IMG/VR virus record: IMGVR_UViG_3300047548_001036
Location: 1-64,000 of that record
DNA: 64,000 nt
Direction: 5' to 3' (one strand)
Source of the DNA: a virus
Taxonomy: Duplodnaviria > Heunggongvirae > Uroviricota > Caudoviricetes
Notes under the pieces: model-generated
What the model was told of the DNA's origin: nothing
Database searches by the model: none
Seen by the model: only the letters and a program-made list of their open reading frames with translations
Translations under genes and position numbers: made by a program
Shown: positions 55,071 through 64,000 of the stretch, piece by piece
How positions within the stretch are numbered: the stretch's first letter is position 1
How the letters are laid out: each line of letters starts with the position of its first letter

Positions 55071-56087
55071 ATGGATTATATTCCCTATACATATCTCATA
55101 GGATGGTCAAAATTAAACAAATGGTATTACGGAGTTGAGTACGGAATTAAAAAAATTCCTTGTGCAAATCCAAAAAACTTATGGACCACATACTTTACTT
55201 CTTCGAACATAGTTTCTCACTTTCGAAAAACCCACGGAGAACCAGATATTATTCAGGTAAGAAAACTTTTTTCTAAAGGGCCTCTAGAAGAAAGGATGGA
55301 AATGTCTATAAATTGGGAGAAGAAAGTTTTATCGAAAATTAACATTGGAGATGAAAAGTGGATTAATGGAAGAATTGGGGGCAATATTTGCCCTTCTGCT
55401 AATAAAAAAATTGCTAGACTTCGATACGGAGTCGATAATGTTTTTCAAGCAGAAGAAATAAAGAAAAAAATAAAAGAAAGAAATTTAAAAAAATTTGGAG
55501 TTGAACACCCGTCATACTCGACAGTTTTATTAGACAAGAAAAAGAAAAATAATATTGAAAAATACGGAATCACTTGTAATTTGAGTTTTTCTTCTGTGAG
55601 AGAGAAAGCAAAAGAATCGCTTCGAACAGAAGAGGTTAAAAAGAAAAGAAAAGAAACTATTAAAAGTAGATACGGGGTCGAACACCTAACACAATCCAAC
55701 GACATTAAAGCGCGTGTACTTGCAACTCGTAGCATTTTATCAGAAAGACCTAATGTTAAACTTATAAAAGAATATCAAAGAGTTTTTAATATAACATTGA
55801 CTAGCGGTTGGTATCAAGGATCAGATGAAAAATTAATCTTAATACTACAAGAAATACATTCCATGTATGGAGTATACTCTTATAGTGAGTTGTCTGAAAT
55901 TGCGTTACCTAAAAAATATTCATCTTCTATAAAAGAATTACAAGAGAGACCTATTGTGAAAAAAATTAAACAATATAAAGATACATACGGTAGAAAAATT
56001 AAAATAGGTCGCTCATGGGATAGAAAATCTGAAGAGTATCTTATTGAAGTTTTAAGTATGCTGGAAAAAACGTACGGACTACTTTAA
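55071..56087 (+). CDS. GIY-YIG homing endonuclease-like protein with K-rich repeated (K/R)YGVEHP modules
   Basis: YTYLIGWSKLNKWYYGVEYG ... SHFRKTHGE ... EERMEMSINWEKK ... NGRIGG; four YGV(E/D)(H/N) repeats; very AT-rich. Confidence 0.5.
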   Translation: MDYIPYTYLIGWSKLNKWYYGVEYGIKKIPCANPKNLWTTYFTSSNIVSHFRKTHGEPDIIQVRKLFSKGPLEERMEMSINWEKKVLSKINIGDEKWINGRIGGNICPSANKKIARLRYGVDNVFQAEEIKKKIKERNLKKFGVEHPSYSTVLLDKKKKNNIEKYGITCNLSFSSVREKAKESLRTEEVKKKRKETIKSRYGVEHLTQSNDIKARVLATRSILSERPNVKLIKEYQRVFNITLTSGWYQGSDEKLILILQEIHSMYGVYSYSELSEIALPKKYSSSIKELQERPIVKKIKQYKDTYGRKIKIGRSWDRKSEEYLIEVLSMLEKTYGLL

Positions 56088-59000
56088 AATTCTGTCTTTA
56101 TACGTGGCTAAATAAGAAACGCTAGCACCTGCAGTTTTAGCTCGTTCTACAAAATCTAGTTCTTCAATTTTTTCAGATTCTAAAGGTTGAAAGTGTGGGT
56201 AATTTAAAAGATTAACAAAAACTGTTTGTTTAATAAACAAACAAGACATGTTATCTAATAATACTATATCTTTATTCTTAGCTAACATATCTATTAAGAG
56301 AGATTTATCTAATATTGTATCTCTTTTTAAAAGAAGCGTATAATCATAATGTTGAGCCCAATGCGCAATTAAGTTTCTAATCTGAGACCTAGAATATCCG
56401 TAGAAGTACTGAAAGTGTGTTTTATATCCTTCAGGAACTTCTAAGTCGTAAACACTTTTAAAAGTTTCAGGTTCAATGTACTTATTTGTTGGGATTGCAA
56501 TTAGTATTTGCTTTTCTCTATTGGTATGAGATGTAGTAGTTTTTTGAGTGTGAACCACGGGCGCGTCCTTGTTGATGTTTTCCGAGAGTTTTGCAGACCA
56601 ATCTTGATAAAATGGAAGTTCTTTTTCGTAATATCCGCCGGTAATAGATTTATCACTTGAGGTTTGCGCCATTGGAGATTCAAATCTGGTATTATAAATC
56701 ATAATAGGTGCAGCCTTTCTAGTCACAGAGCAATGAAAGATAAAGTCATCACCAAAGTAAATTTCCAACTCTGGAATAATAGGAACCCAGTCGGACTTGT
56801 GCATGAACATTAGTTGTCCAAAACAATGGATAATATCTCCAGGTTTCCATTCAATGAAGTCTATGGAAAAGTCTGTGCTTGCTGGCTGATTGAAATGTGC
56901 TTCTCCAGTTATTAACCCGTGAACAGGAGAACCTGGCTGTATCCTAGATTCCAACTTAGAGAATACTGCAGGATCCACCCAAATATCATCGTTAGCAATG
57001 CATAACTTGTCGTATGTTGACAGAGCGACACCGAGATTCCATGCAGGATTAACTTTAATGTTTGTTGTCTGGTTAATCATTCGTATTTTAGTATTCTGCA
57101 AAATATCCCAGTCTGGTGTTTTTGCAACATCGTTATTGATAAGAATGATTTCCCCAACGAGATCCTGTCCAATATAACTTCTTAGAGCTTTGTCCATTAC
57201 CGGCAATGCTCTCCACATAGTGGGAATAATTACTGAAAATTTATTTTTCAGAGTCTTTTGTTCAAGTATGGCATTGGCATTCCGTGTTTGTTCAACTCCA
57301 TTAACTTTATAGTCGTTTAATGGGTTGATGTCATTGTAATTGTAAACCACATCTTGAACCACTTTAACTTTATCAGGATCAGCTTTCTCAATTAGTGAAT
57401 AGAAAACCGCACCATCACCTCCGGCTTTGTACCAATTTCCATATTGATCTTTAAATACAGATTCATCGACCCCATCAAGCAATGATGCTTTAAATGTACG
57501 TAGATGCGTATAAGGCATATTCCAGTTAAACTTATGGGTTCTGTAAGATTTATTAGCTTTAACAGATTTTGGATAGGGTTGCGCTACTAATGGAATTTTA
57601 TCTGCCTGGCTCCAACAACTTCCGTAGCTGAACTCAGTGGTTCCGTCATACAAATTATTGTAGTAATGGAATATTTGATTGCTATTAACTAGGCTATCAT
57701 CACCATCTAACAGCATAATAATATCTTCAGGGTTGCAATATTTTTTAATTGTGGTTATTTGATTGTAAACTGCTCCGCGATTTTCTGTATTTTTAAGTAC
57801 TTGTATCTTATCTCGAAAATGTAAGGGAACAGACTCAATTGCAGTTTCAAATGTAGAATCTGTACTGGCATCATCAATGATAAACATCTCCCAGTTGTCA
57901 TAATCTTGTATTACCACGCTGGCAATACATTTGGCTATATACCTCTCAGCATTATATACTGGTGTTATGATCTTAATTGCTTTCTCTTTGGTGCGTGGGA
58001 TATACCTTTCTTCTTTATTAGAGAATCGTCGACCAAATACTTGTTGCACTCGATTATTAATTTTGGATACAGCTCGATACTCGTGAACTGGTAAGTATTG
58101 TCCCAGTATACGATACAGGTGCTGTTTCCATTGCAGGGCAACGGTATCCCAGGTGGATATGTCTTTTACTATGTTACAATAGTATTGCTTCTGTTGAAGC
58201 AAATATCTATCAGAACTGGCACGCAGAGTTAAATCGACAAACTTGTCAACTTGTGCAGAAGCATTGATTCCGGGGAATAACCCGTTTGGTTCTATTGCAT
58301 AATCTATTAGATAGCAGGCTTGGGTGACTGCAGTTTCTTCTAATGCACCAAACCGAGTGGTAATTAACGGAGTATTGTAAATTAAGGATTCTAAAGAACT
58401 GATGCCAAATGTTTCCGGAAATGCACCAGGGTAAATTGTAAAACTAGCATTTGAAAGTATTTCTGCTATTTCACTTTGCTTGATTACACCAGTAAACTCT
58501 ATATCTAAGTCTCTGTATTTAGGATCATCAACCATGGAACGCCAAGTTTTTTCTTGTTCGTCTGGTTCGGCGTTTTCTCTAAAACGGTAGTATCCGCCGA
58601 TAACTTTCAGCTTTGCTTGCGGGATGTGTTCTTTGACTTTTGGCCAAATAGAATTTACCAAAGGTAGCATGCCCTTGGTAACAGACGCATTATAAACATA
58701 TAGATAAGGATCTTTTGCAGCAATATCCACCTCGTCTTTGTAGTTGACTATACCATTGCGAGTCATGAAAACATTATTTTTAAGAACTTCAAACATTCTA
58801 CGTTTTCCGTGATCACAATTAGTAACATAACTTGTGTGGAAGTCGCTCAGCGTAAACAGTTCGTTAATGTCTTTATTGACCACTAGGTCTTCTAGCAGGT
58901 GATCTCCCTTACAAAAGGTATCATGCATCCAGACTGCTCTATACTTTGCAGATGTTTTTATTTTTTGGTATCGCTGTGGATTATATCCTGCAAATTCAGA

Positions 59001-59294
59001 ATATAGTTGTGGTGTCAGGAACGGGATCACAGTTCGAGAACTGATAACAACATCATAGACAAAACTATTAGGACTGTCTAACTCTGTATGATCTCTATAG
59101 GTAACTCCGTCATAGACACCCGGGACTGCTTCAGAATCGATGCAGTTATTAAACACGGTCACCTTAAACCCCAGTTTTGCTAATTCTTTACTCATTAGGA
59201 TAACAGCAGATTCAGACCCACCTAATCCTCTTTTTGATAGGGTTGTGCCATCATAGGTTAACCCGATTACATCAATAATTGCTATGGAAATCAT
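56079..59294 (-). CDS. multidomain glycosyltransferase (GT4/GT1-like + two GT2-like modules + degenerate copy of the neighbouring GT N-domain), 1071 aa
   Basis: FPETFGISSLESLIYNTPLITTRFG (GT1/4); IITPVYNAERYIAKCIASVVIQDYDNWEMFIIDDASTD (GT2); FSVIIPTMWRALP...; C-term LIAIPTNKYIEPETFKSVYDLEVPEGY. Confidence 0.65.
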   Translation of the reverse strand: MISIAIIDVIGLTYDGTTLSKRGLGGSESAVILMSKELAKLGFKVTVFNNCIDSEAVPGVYDGVTYRDHTELDSPNSFVYDVVISSRTVIPFLTPQLYSEFAGYNPQRYQKIKTSAKYRAVWMHDTFCKGDHLLEDLVVNKDINELFTLSDFHTSYVTNCDHGKRRMFEVLKNNVFMTRNGIVNYKDEVDIAAKDPYLYVYNASVTKGMLPLVNSIWPKVKEHIPQAKLKVIGGYYRFRENAEPDEQEKTWRSMVDDPKYRDLDIEFTGVIKQSEIAEILSNASFTIYPGAFPETFGISSLESLIYNTPLITTRFGALEETAVTQACYLIDYAIEPNGLFPGINASAQVDKFVDLTLRASSDRYLLQQKQYYCNIVKDISTWDTVALQWKQHLYRILGQYLPVHEYRAVSKINNRVQQVFGRRFSNKEERYIPRTKEKAIKIITPVYNAERYIAKCIASVVIQDYDNWEMFIIDDASTDSTFETAIESVPLHFRDKIQVLKNTENRGAVYNQITTIKKYCNPEDIIMLLDGDDSLVNSNQIFHYYNNLYDGTTEFSYGSCWSQADKIPLVAQPYPKSVKANKSYRTHKFNWNMPYTHLRTFKASLLDGVDESVFKDQYGNWYKAGGDGAVFYSLIEKADPDKVKVVQDVVYNYNDINPLNDYKVNGVEQTRNANAILEQKTLKNKFSVIIPTMWRALPVMDKALRSYIGQDLVGEIILINNDVAKTPDWDILQNTKIRMINQTTNIKVNPAWNLGVALSTYDKLCIANDDIWVDPAVFSKLESRIQPGSPVHGLITGEAHFNQPASTDFSIDFIEWKPGDIIHCFGQLMFMHKSDWVPIIPELEIYFGDDFIFHCSVTRKAAPIMIYNTRFESPMAQTSSDKSITGGYYEKELPFYQDWSAKLSENINKDAPVVHTQKTTTSHTNREKQILIAIPTNKYIEPETFKSVYDLEVPEGYKTHFQYFYGYSRSQIRNLIAHWAQHYDYTLLLKRDTILDKSLLIDMLAKNKDIVLLDNMSCLFIKQTVFVNLLNYPHFQPLESEKIEELDFVERAKTAGASVSYLATYKDRILK

Positions 59295-59449
59295 TTTATA
59301 CTTTTATAATTAACTATATATGCTTGCTCATAGTCTTACGACTAAAAACCCGTAATTCATTCTAAATGGAACGGATAAATAGATTATACGTGAATATTAC
59401 ACGAAAAACAAGTACTCTTAGCCTATATAGGCAATTATGAGGGGGCCAT

Positions 59450-61072
59450 ATGGCAAATAAAATTCAAATTAAACGTAGTGCTGTTCCCGGTAAAGCGCCT
59501 GCCATAGGTGATATTGACCTGGGCGAACTAGCCATTAACACATACGACGGAAAACTCTTTCTTAAGAAAGAGTTTGTTAACGACCAAGGAAATCAAGAAC
59601 AATCTATCATACAGTTTTTCGGTAAAGTTTATATCGAAAATACACTGTATGTTCAAAAAAATGGAAAAAATTCCAACGATGGAAAAAGTTGGGATACTGC
59701 TGTAGCCACACTTGAAAAGGCATTAGAACTTGCATGGGACAGAACGAGCCCAACATTAATTGACATTGCGCCAGGAACATACGAATCTGAAGGTAATCTT
59801 GATATGCCTGACCAATGTGCAATTCGAGCAGTGCATCGAACAGTAATTATTAAACCTAAAACTGGATTTGAAGTTAATAATGTTATACGTATGGGATCCG
59901 GATGCTTTATAGAAGGACTTCTGTTCGAGGATTGGAAACTTGATAATTTAACCGCCCCTACAAAAGGATTTGCAGTATCGTTTAGGCCCGGAGCGGTCAT
60001 AACTCGAGCCCCGTATGCTCACAAAATTGCAGTCAGAACAACTCCTTATTGGAGTACAGTGGCGCCTCCTCTAGATCGTAACAATGCAAATCCACTGGTG
60101 GGTATCGGTGGCGGTGTAATTCTGGCAGACGGTGCGGTGTGTTCTCCATATTCCGTATACCCAAACATAATGACTTGGGGTGCTACTCCTGTAAGTCATA
60201 ACGGAATCGGGTACTGTGCAAAAAACGGTGCATTAATTAATGCAGTTAACGCGGTTTCTATGTGGGCACATAAGCATTTCTTAGCCCTATCTGGTGGGCA
60301 AATTATTTTATCAAGTTGCTCAACACAATTCGGCGACTACACAATGGTTGCGTCTGGATTTCGACAAATTATAATACCCACAGAGGTTACAATTGCCCTT
60401 AGTGTACAAACTGCTGATGCTACTGCAATCACTAATGCAAAAACTACAATCATTGATAATTTATGGAATGCTCTAGTAGCACAAGGTTATACTACTGGAT
60501 GGAACGCCGAGGATGAAACTTTTACCCGTCGAGATGCTGGGTCTTTTTTACAGTCAATGAGCTGGGTACTGGAAAGCGCCAACGAAAAACCAATGCTAGA
60601 TTTTGCAAAAGGATTATATAAAGTAGATGGTACTGCCGTATTCTCATCTGATAAACTTAGTTCATTTACATTCTCATTTAACTACATGAGAGATCAAATT
60701 AATGCAATCGTTAGTTCACCTTCGCAGACTATTATCACTGCATTAACCGCAGCATTAAATACCACTATTTCTAATCCAGCCAAAAGAGCCGAACCATCGA
60801 CTATTACTGCAATAGGACATACTTGGACTGCTATACTAGCAGGAGTTGCGTTGACAAAAATTCCACCGGCAAGGAACCAAGCCACTATTGCAGAATCAAT
60901 ACTAGAGCTTAATCAGGGTGTCGTTATTGCATCAGGACAAGACGACCAAGGATCTGCATTGTTTATCGGAGGATTAGAAATCAACGCCGATACCGGAGAA
61001 CTAACAGGTCCTCCTTTTGATCAAGCAGTTAATCGAATCGCAACACGAGCAGCTATTGCAAGGAGTTTTTAA
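59450..61072 (+). CDS. tailspike/tail fiber protein with probable right-handed beta-helix domain
   Basis: N-terminal MANKIQIKRSAVPGKAPAIGDIDLGELAINTYDGKLFLK; GTYESEGNL... beta-helix-like region. Confidence 0.55.
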   Translation: MANKIQIKRSAVPGKAPAIGDIDLGELAINTYDGKLFLKKEFVNDQGNQEQSIIQFFGKVYIENTLYVQKNGKNSNDGKSWDTAVATLEKALELAWDRTSPTLIDIAPGTYESEGNLDMPDQCAIRAVHRTVIIKPKTGFEVNNVIRMGSGCFIEGLLFEDWKLDNLTAPTKGFAVSFRPGAVITRAPYAHKIAVRTTPYWSTVAPPLDRNNANPLVGIGGGVILADGAVCSPYSVYPNIMTWGATPVSHNGIGYCAKNGALINAVNAVSMWAHKHFLALSGGQIILSSCSTQFGDYTMVASGFRQIIIPTEVTIALSVQTADATAITNAKTTIIDNLWNALVAQGYTTGWNAEDETFTRRDAGSFLQSMSWVLESANEKPMLDFAKGLYKVDGTAVFSSDKLSSFTFSFNYMRDQINAIVSSPSQTIITALTAALNTTISNPAKRAEPSTITAIGHTWTAILAGVALTKIPPARNQATIAESILELNQGVVIASGQDDQGSALFIGGLEINADTGELTGPPFDQAVNRIATRAAIARSF

Positions 61073-61075
61073 ATT

Positions 61076-61540
61076 ATGTCAAGAATTACATGTCGTACAC
61101 CATCAACTGGTAAACCATTAAGAATTTCACAAGCAAACGTTCCAACAACGAACACCACAATTGCCGAAGCTCCTGACTTTTCAGTCCCGGATGCTTCAGA
61201 AAAGTTTTCTACAAGAGATCCAGTCGATGACACAAGAGCTATTAGGCCCGGAGAAATATTCTTTTTAACTCCACTATCGGCAAAAAATAAGACTAGTTCA
61301 ACCCAATGGATTGAAGTTTCTATTGTAACGGAAGATTCGATTACTATTGAGTTTGGGAAGATTGAAGTTCCGGCATATGATACCGCGTTGATCCCGATTC
61401 AGGGACGTAGTTTGTTTAAAAGAGATGCAGCCGGTACATACGGAGACCGGTTAATAGTAAAAGCGCAAAATGCTGACACCTTTGATGTTTGGGCTTCTGG
61501 AGAAGAAAAACTATCTAACGAGCACGCTGGCGTGGTTTAA
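61076..61540 (+). CDS. virion structural protein candidate (154 aa)
   Basis: ORF within fiber cluster. Confidence 0.45.
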   Translation: MSRITCRTPSTGKPLRISQANVPTTNTTIAEAPDFSVPDASEKFSTRDPVDDTRAIRPGEIFFLTPLSAKNKTSSTQWIEVSIVTEDSITIEFGKIEVPAYDTALIPIQGRSLFKRDAAGTYGDRLIVKAQNADTFDVWASGEEKLSNEHAGVV

Positions 61541-61542
61541 TA

Positions 61543-62430
61543 ATGTCGAATGATGTAGAATACCTTTCAGGAAGAGTAAAGAAAACTCCGCCGTCACAAG
61601 TATCGGCGGATAGATACCAGTGGCTTAAACCCAACGACGTCGAACCAGACCTAGGAATTCCCCCAGTTAATAATGCAGTGGCTGCATCTCTAACTTCAGG
61701 TACAAGAAAATGGTTAGAGCTATCGTCCGGATTAAAAATAACCAGCGATGTAGTAACGGTTGACGAAACAACTGTTCCAGTTGATACAACTAATTTCATT
61801 TACAGTTCCTCTTCCAACCTTGCAGATGTATTAGCAGACCTTGATACAAATATTTCCGCGGCAGTTGGAGGGAATTTAGCTACTGTTAATCACGATAGTT
61901 CTTTATCAGGTGCTGGAACAGTATCATCGCCATTAAGTGTTCTTAAATGGGCCACCCCAGTTAGTATATCGTTAACAGGCGATGTAAGCGGAACAGTGTC
62001 TATTGATGGTAGTGGTAATGTTAGTTTAGAGACAACCATTACCGTAACCGGTGGATCAGCGTCTGATTTACTGACCATTACCAAATCGTTAACACTAACA
62101 ACCGATTGGCAAGATGTAGGCATTTCAGGAACGAACTTAACCACAGGATCTTACCTAATTCAATTATTTGCCAACGATGTGGGAGCAGGTGGTACAAACA
62201 CCAACGAGTATTATACAGGTACAATGAGTTGGTATGCGGGTGCAACAGGCTCTAGTAATGAGTTACCCACAGATGAAATACCGTTACATCGAGCCGGTGC
62301 CGGAGGAGACGGATCTTTGTATTTGCGTACTTACAGGTCTTCCAACGGTTTTTTAAAACTTCAAATTTATGCAAATCAACCGAATACATCAGCTTCCAAC
62401 TATGTATTCAAATTTAGACGATTGATCTGA
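61543..62430 (+). CDS. tail fiber-associated structural protein (295 aa)
   Basis: Ser/Thr/Gly-rich beta-rich ORF, coupled to upstream gene. Confidence 0.5.
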   Translation: MSNDVEYLSGRVKKTPPSQVSADRYQWLKPNDVEPDLGIPPVNNAVAASLTSGTRKWLELSSGLKITSDVVTVDETTVPVDTTNFIYSSSSNLADVLADLDTNISAAVGGNLATVNHDSSLSGAGTVSSPLSVLKWATPVSISLTGDVSGTVSIDGSGNVSLETTITVTGGSASDLLTITKSLTLTTDWQDVGISGTNLTTGSYLIQLFANDVGAGGTNTNEYYTGTMSWYAGATGSSNELPTDEIPLHRAGAGGDGSLYLRTYRSSNGFLKLQIYANQPNTSASNYVFKFRRLI

Positions 62431-62458
62431 TAAATAAGGTAAAATAAGGAGAAGCTAA

Positions 62459-64000
62459 ATGGCTTTTAAAATTAAAGACGGTGTCAGGATTGGTACCGTA
62501 GACATATTTAATAATTCAGCAGAAACATTAAATTTAAATGTTAAAGATACCAATGCAGGCACTGGTAAAGTTACGATTAATACAGCCTCATTAGGATCTA
62601 CTACTTATACTCAAACACTACAGGCTGCAACAGGAACCATTGCATTAACCAGTGATGTTACTAATGATTTCGGTGTCGTAAAGATTGTTAACACAGATTC
62701 TGGATATACCTGGGTCACTACAGACAATACTACTACCTCAGCTGATGCGAGGGCAGATACTCTTTCAATCGTTGCTGCAAAAACAGGATCGACTTATGGT
62801 ATCCAGGTAAAGGTTGATGCTGCGGCGGATGCTATAGGTATTGCACACGCAGACACATCAACACTATCAGGTGCTCAAGGTACCGCAGGTATCGCATCTA
62901 TTACCCTAGATGAAATGGGTCACATAACAGCAGTGACCACCGCTACTTACCTGACTACCAGTAAAAATGTAGTTGGTGCGAGTAACACAGCCACTGCAGA
63001 TGCGGCAGCTACTAATGGAAACGTATACCTAAATCATTTAGCTAATGGTTCTGTATCTAGTGCTCATAAGATCACAGGCGCTGGTAGTACAACAGTTACC
63101 AGCGATGCTAGCGGCAATATTACTATTACTTCTACAGATAATAATACTGACACCCTGCAAAGCGTAGCGGATGATACTGGAACTACTGAACGATTCATAC
63201 ACTTTGTTAACAGCGCCACTGGTGCACAAACTGCAGGATCGTCTGCAAACTTTAAGTTCACCCCTGGTACAACAACCGGTTCACCAACATTACTAATTGG
63301 TGGAGCCACTGGCACCTCTCCCGTTATCACTACCACAAGTACAGGCACAGTATCCGTTTTCAATACAAACGCTACAGTTGCAAATGCATTCGGTGCCGCA
63401 ACAACTGTTAGTATTGGTGCGTCAACAGGTACTACTACCGTTAACAACAACTTAGTGGTGACCGGTAACTTAACAGTTAATGGTACCAGCACAATTGTTA
63501 ACTCAACAGTCACTTCAGTCGACGATCCGGTTCTAATCTTAGGCGGGGACACATCAACAGTTGAAGTGACAAAGGATCGTGGTATTGAAGCAAAGTGGAA
63601 TGGCACAACGCTAACCATGACCAACTTTATCGGTGCTGGTACTACCACTGTAACTGGTACTGTTGCCAGTACAACTGGTTATGCTGTCGGTGATATTATT
63701 ACTATCAGCGGAGCAACTGGTACTGAGCAGTCTAAGCTAAACGGAACCTGGAAGATTGCGTCTGTACCAAACGGTACAACGTTTACCTTTGTTGTATCGT
63801 CTACTGTTTCAGCTGGTACTCTTACTACAACCCTAGGTACTACAGTTAAGTCTAAGGATGCGTTTTTTGGTCTTGATCAAAGCACCGGTAAGTTTACATT
63901 TATACCACAAGCTGATAATAACGGTGAAGTATTCTCTGGTACCAAGGGTGAAATTGATGCTTATGTGGCGTTTAGTAACGTTACAGGAGCTACGCTACAA
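62459..64000 (+). CDS. tail fiber / structural protein, 3' partial (runs off window)
   Basis: AGGAGAAG RBS + ATG 62459; open frame to window end by my translation; Thr/Gly/Ala/Val-rich. Confidence 0.55.
   Translation, partial: MAFKIKDGVRIGTVDIFNNSAETLNLNVKDTNAGTGKVTINTASLGSTTYTQTLQAATGTIALTSDVTNDFGVVKIVNTDSGYTWVTTDNTTTSADARADTLSIVAAKTGSTYGIQVKVDAAADAIGIAHADTSTLSGAQGTAGIASITLDEMGHITAVTTATYLTTSKNVVGASNTATADAAATNGNVYLNHLANGSVSSAHKITGAGSTTVTSDASGNITITSTDNNTDTLQSVADDTGTTERFIHFVNSATGAQTAGSSANFKFTPGTTTGSPTLLIGGATGTSPVITTTSTGTVSVFNTNATVANAFGAATTVSIGASTGTTTVNNNLVVTGNLTVNGTSTIVNSTVTSVDDPVLILGGDTSTVEVTKDRGIEAKWNGTTLTMTNFIGAGTTTVTGTVASTTGYAVGDIITISGATGTEQSKLNGTWKIASVPNGTTFTFVVSSTVSAGTLTTTLGTTVKSKDAFFGLDQSTGKFTFIPQADNNGEVFSGTKGEIDAYVAFSNVTGATLQ

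Noticed and set aside
63064-63648. 194-aa minus-strand ORF near the window end
   Set aside because: Antisense to the open + strand fiber gene starting at 62459.

Overview
This window looks like a segment of a large tailed-phage genome, probably from a T4-like or jumbo myovirus. Genes are tightly packed and almost all on the + strand, with many 4-bp ATGA/TAATG start-stop overlaps. (1) An 'early-type' region at 4.2-19 kb and 32.7-42.3 kb consists of dozens of 50-120 aa genes behind at least 15 copies of a conserved extended -10 promoter/leader cassette (GTGYTATAATACAC...ACAGCAACAC...AGGA). (2) Two large tandem families of paralogous small proteins sit in that region: at least 15 genes with MNERIRELAEQAG...KFAELIVREC...HFGVEE motifs, and about 25 genes with a WC..G N-motif and a C-terminal (R/K)D.TLF.L(R/K)W(S/G) motif. 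(3) An rIIA-like GHKL ATPase (1992-4160) lies behind a non-coding leader at 366-1070 that carries direct repeats, a 54-bp-periodic array of five GCGCAGCGGACA boxes and an alternating Pu-Py tract. (4) A mid region at 19-27 kb encodes a DNA amino-methyltransferase, an SPFH-domain lipoprotein, a membrane protein with a Tim44-like domain, and a type IV pilin-like protein. (5) An eight-gene minus-strand cassette at 27.8-32.5 kb encodes Pro-rich and Tyr-rich proteins, collagen-like proteins and a LuxR-family regulator. (6) A late or auxiliary-metabolic region at 43-64 kb encodes an NAD-dependent epimerase, two proteins that share a T4-IP-like capsid-targeting N-terminus (one carries a PG-binding and lytic-transglycosylase domain), YqgE/AlgH-like, HNH and YbaN-like proteins, a minus-strand 5-aminolevulinate synthase with a Fur-box-like palindrome upstream, collagen-repeat and beta-helix tail fibers, and two multi-domain glycosyltransferases separated by an AT-rich GIY-YIG homing-endonuclease gene. 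No tRNA, rRNA or CRISPR features could be supported.
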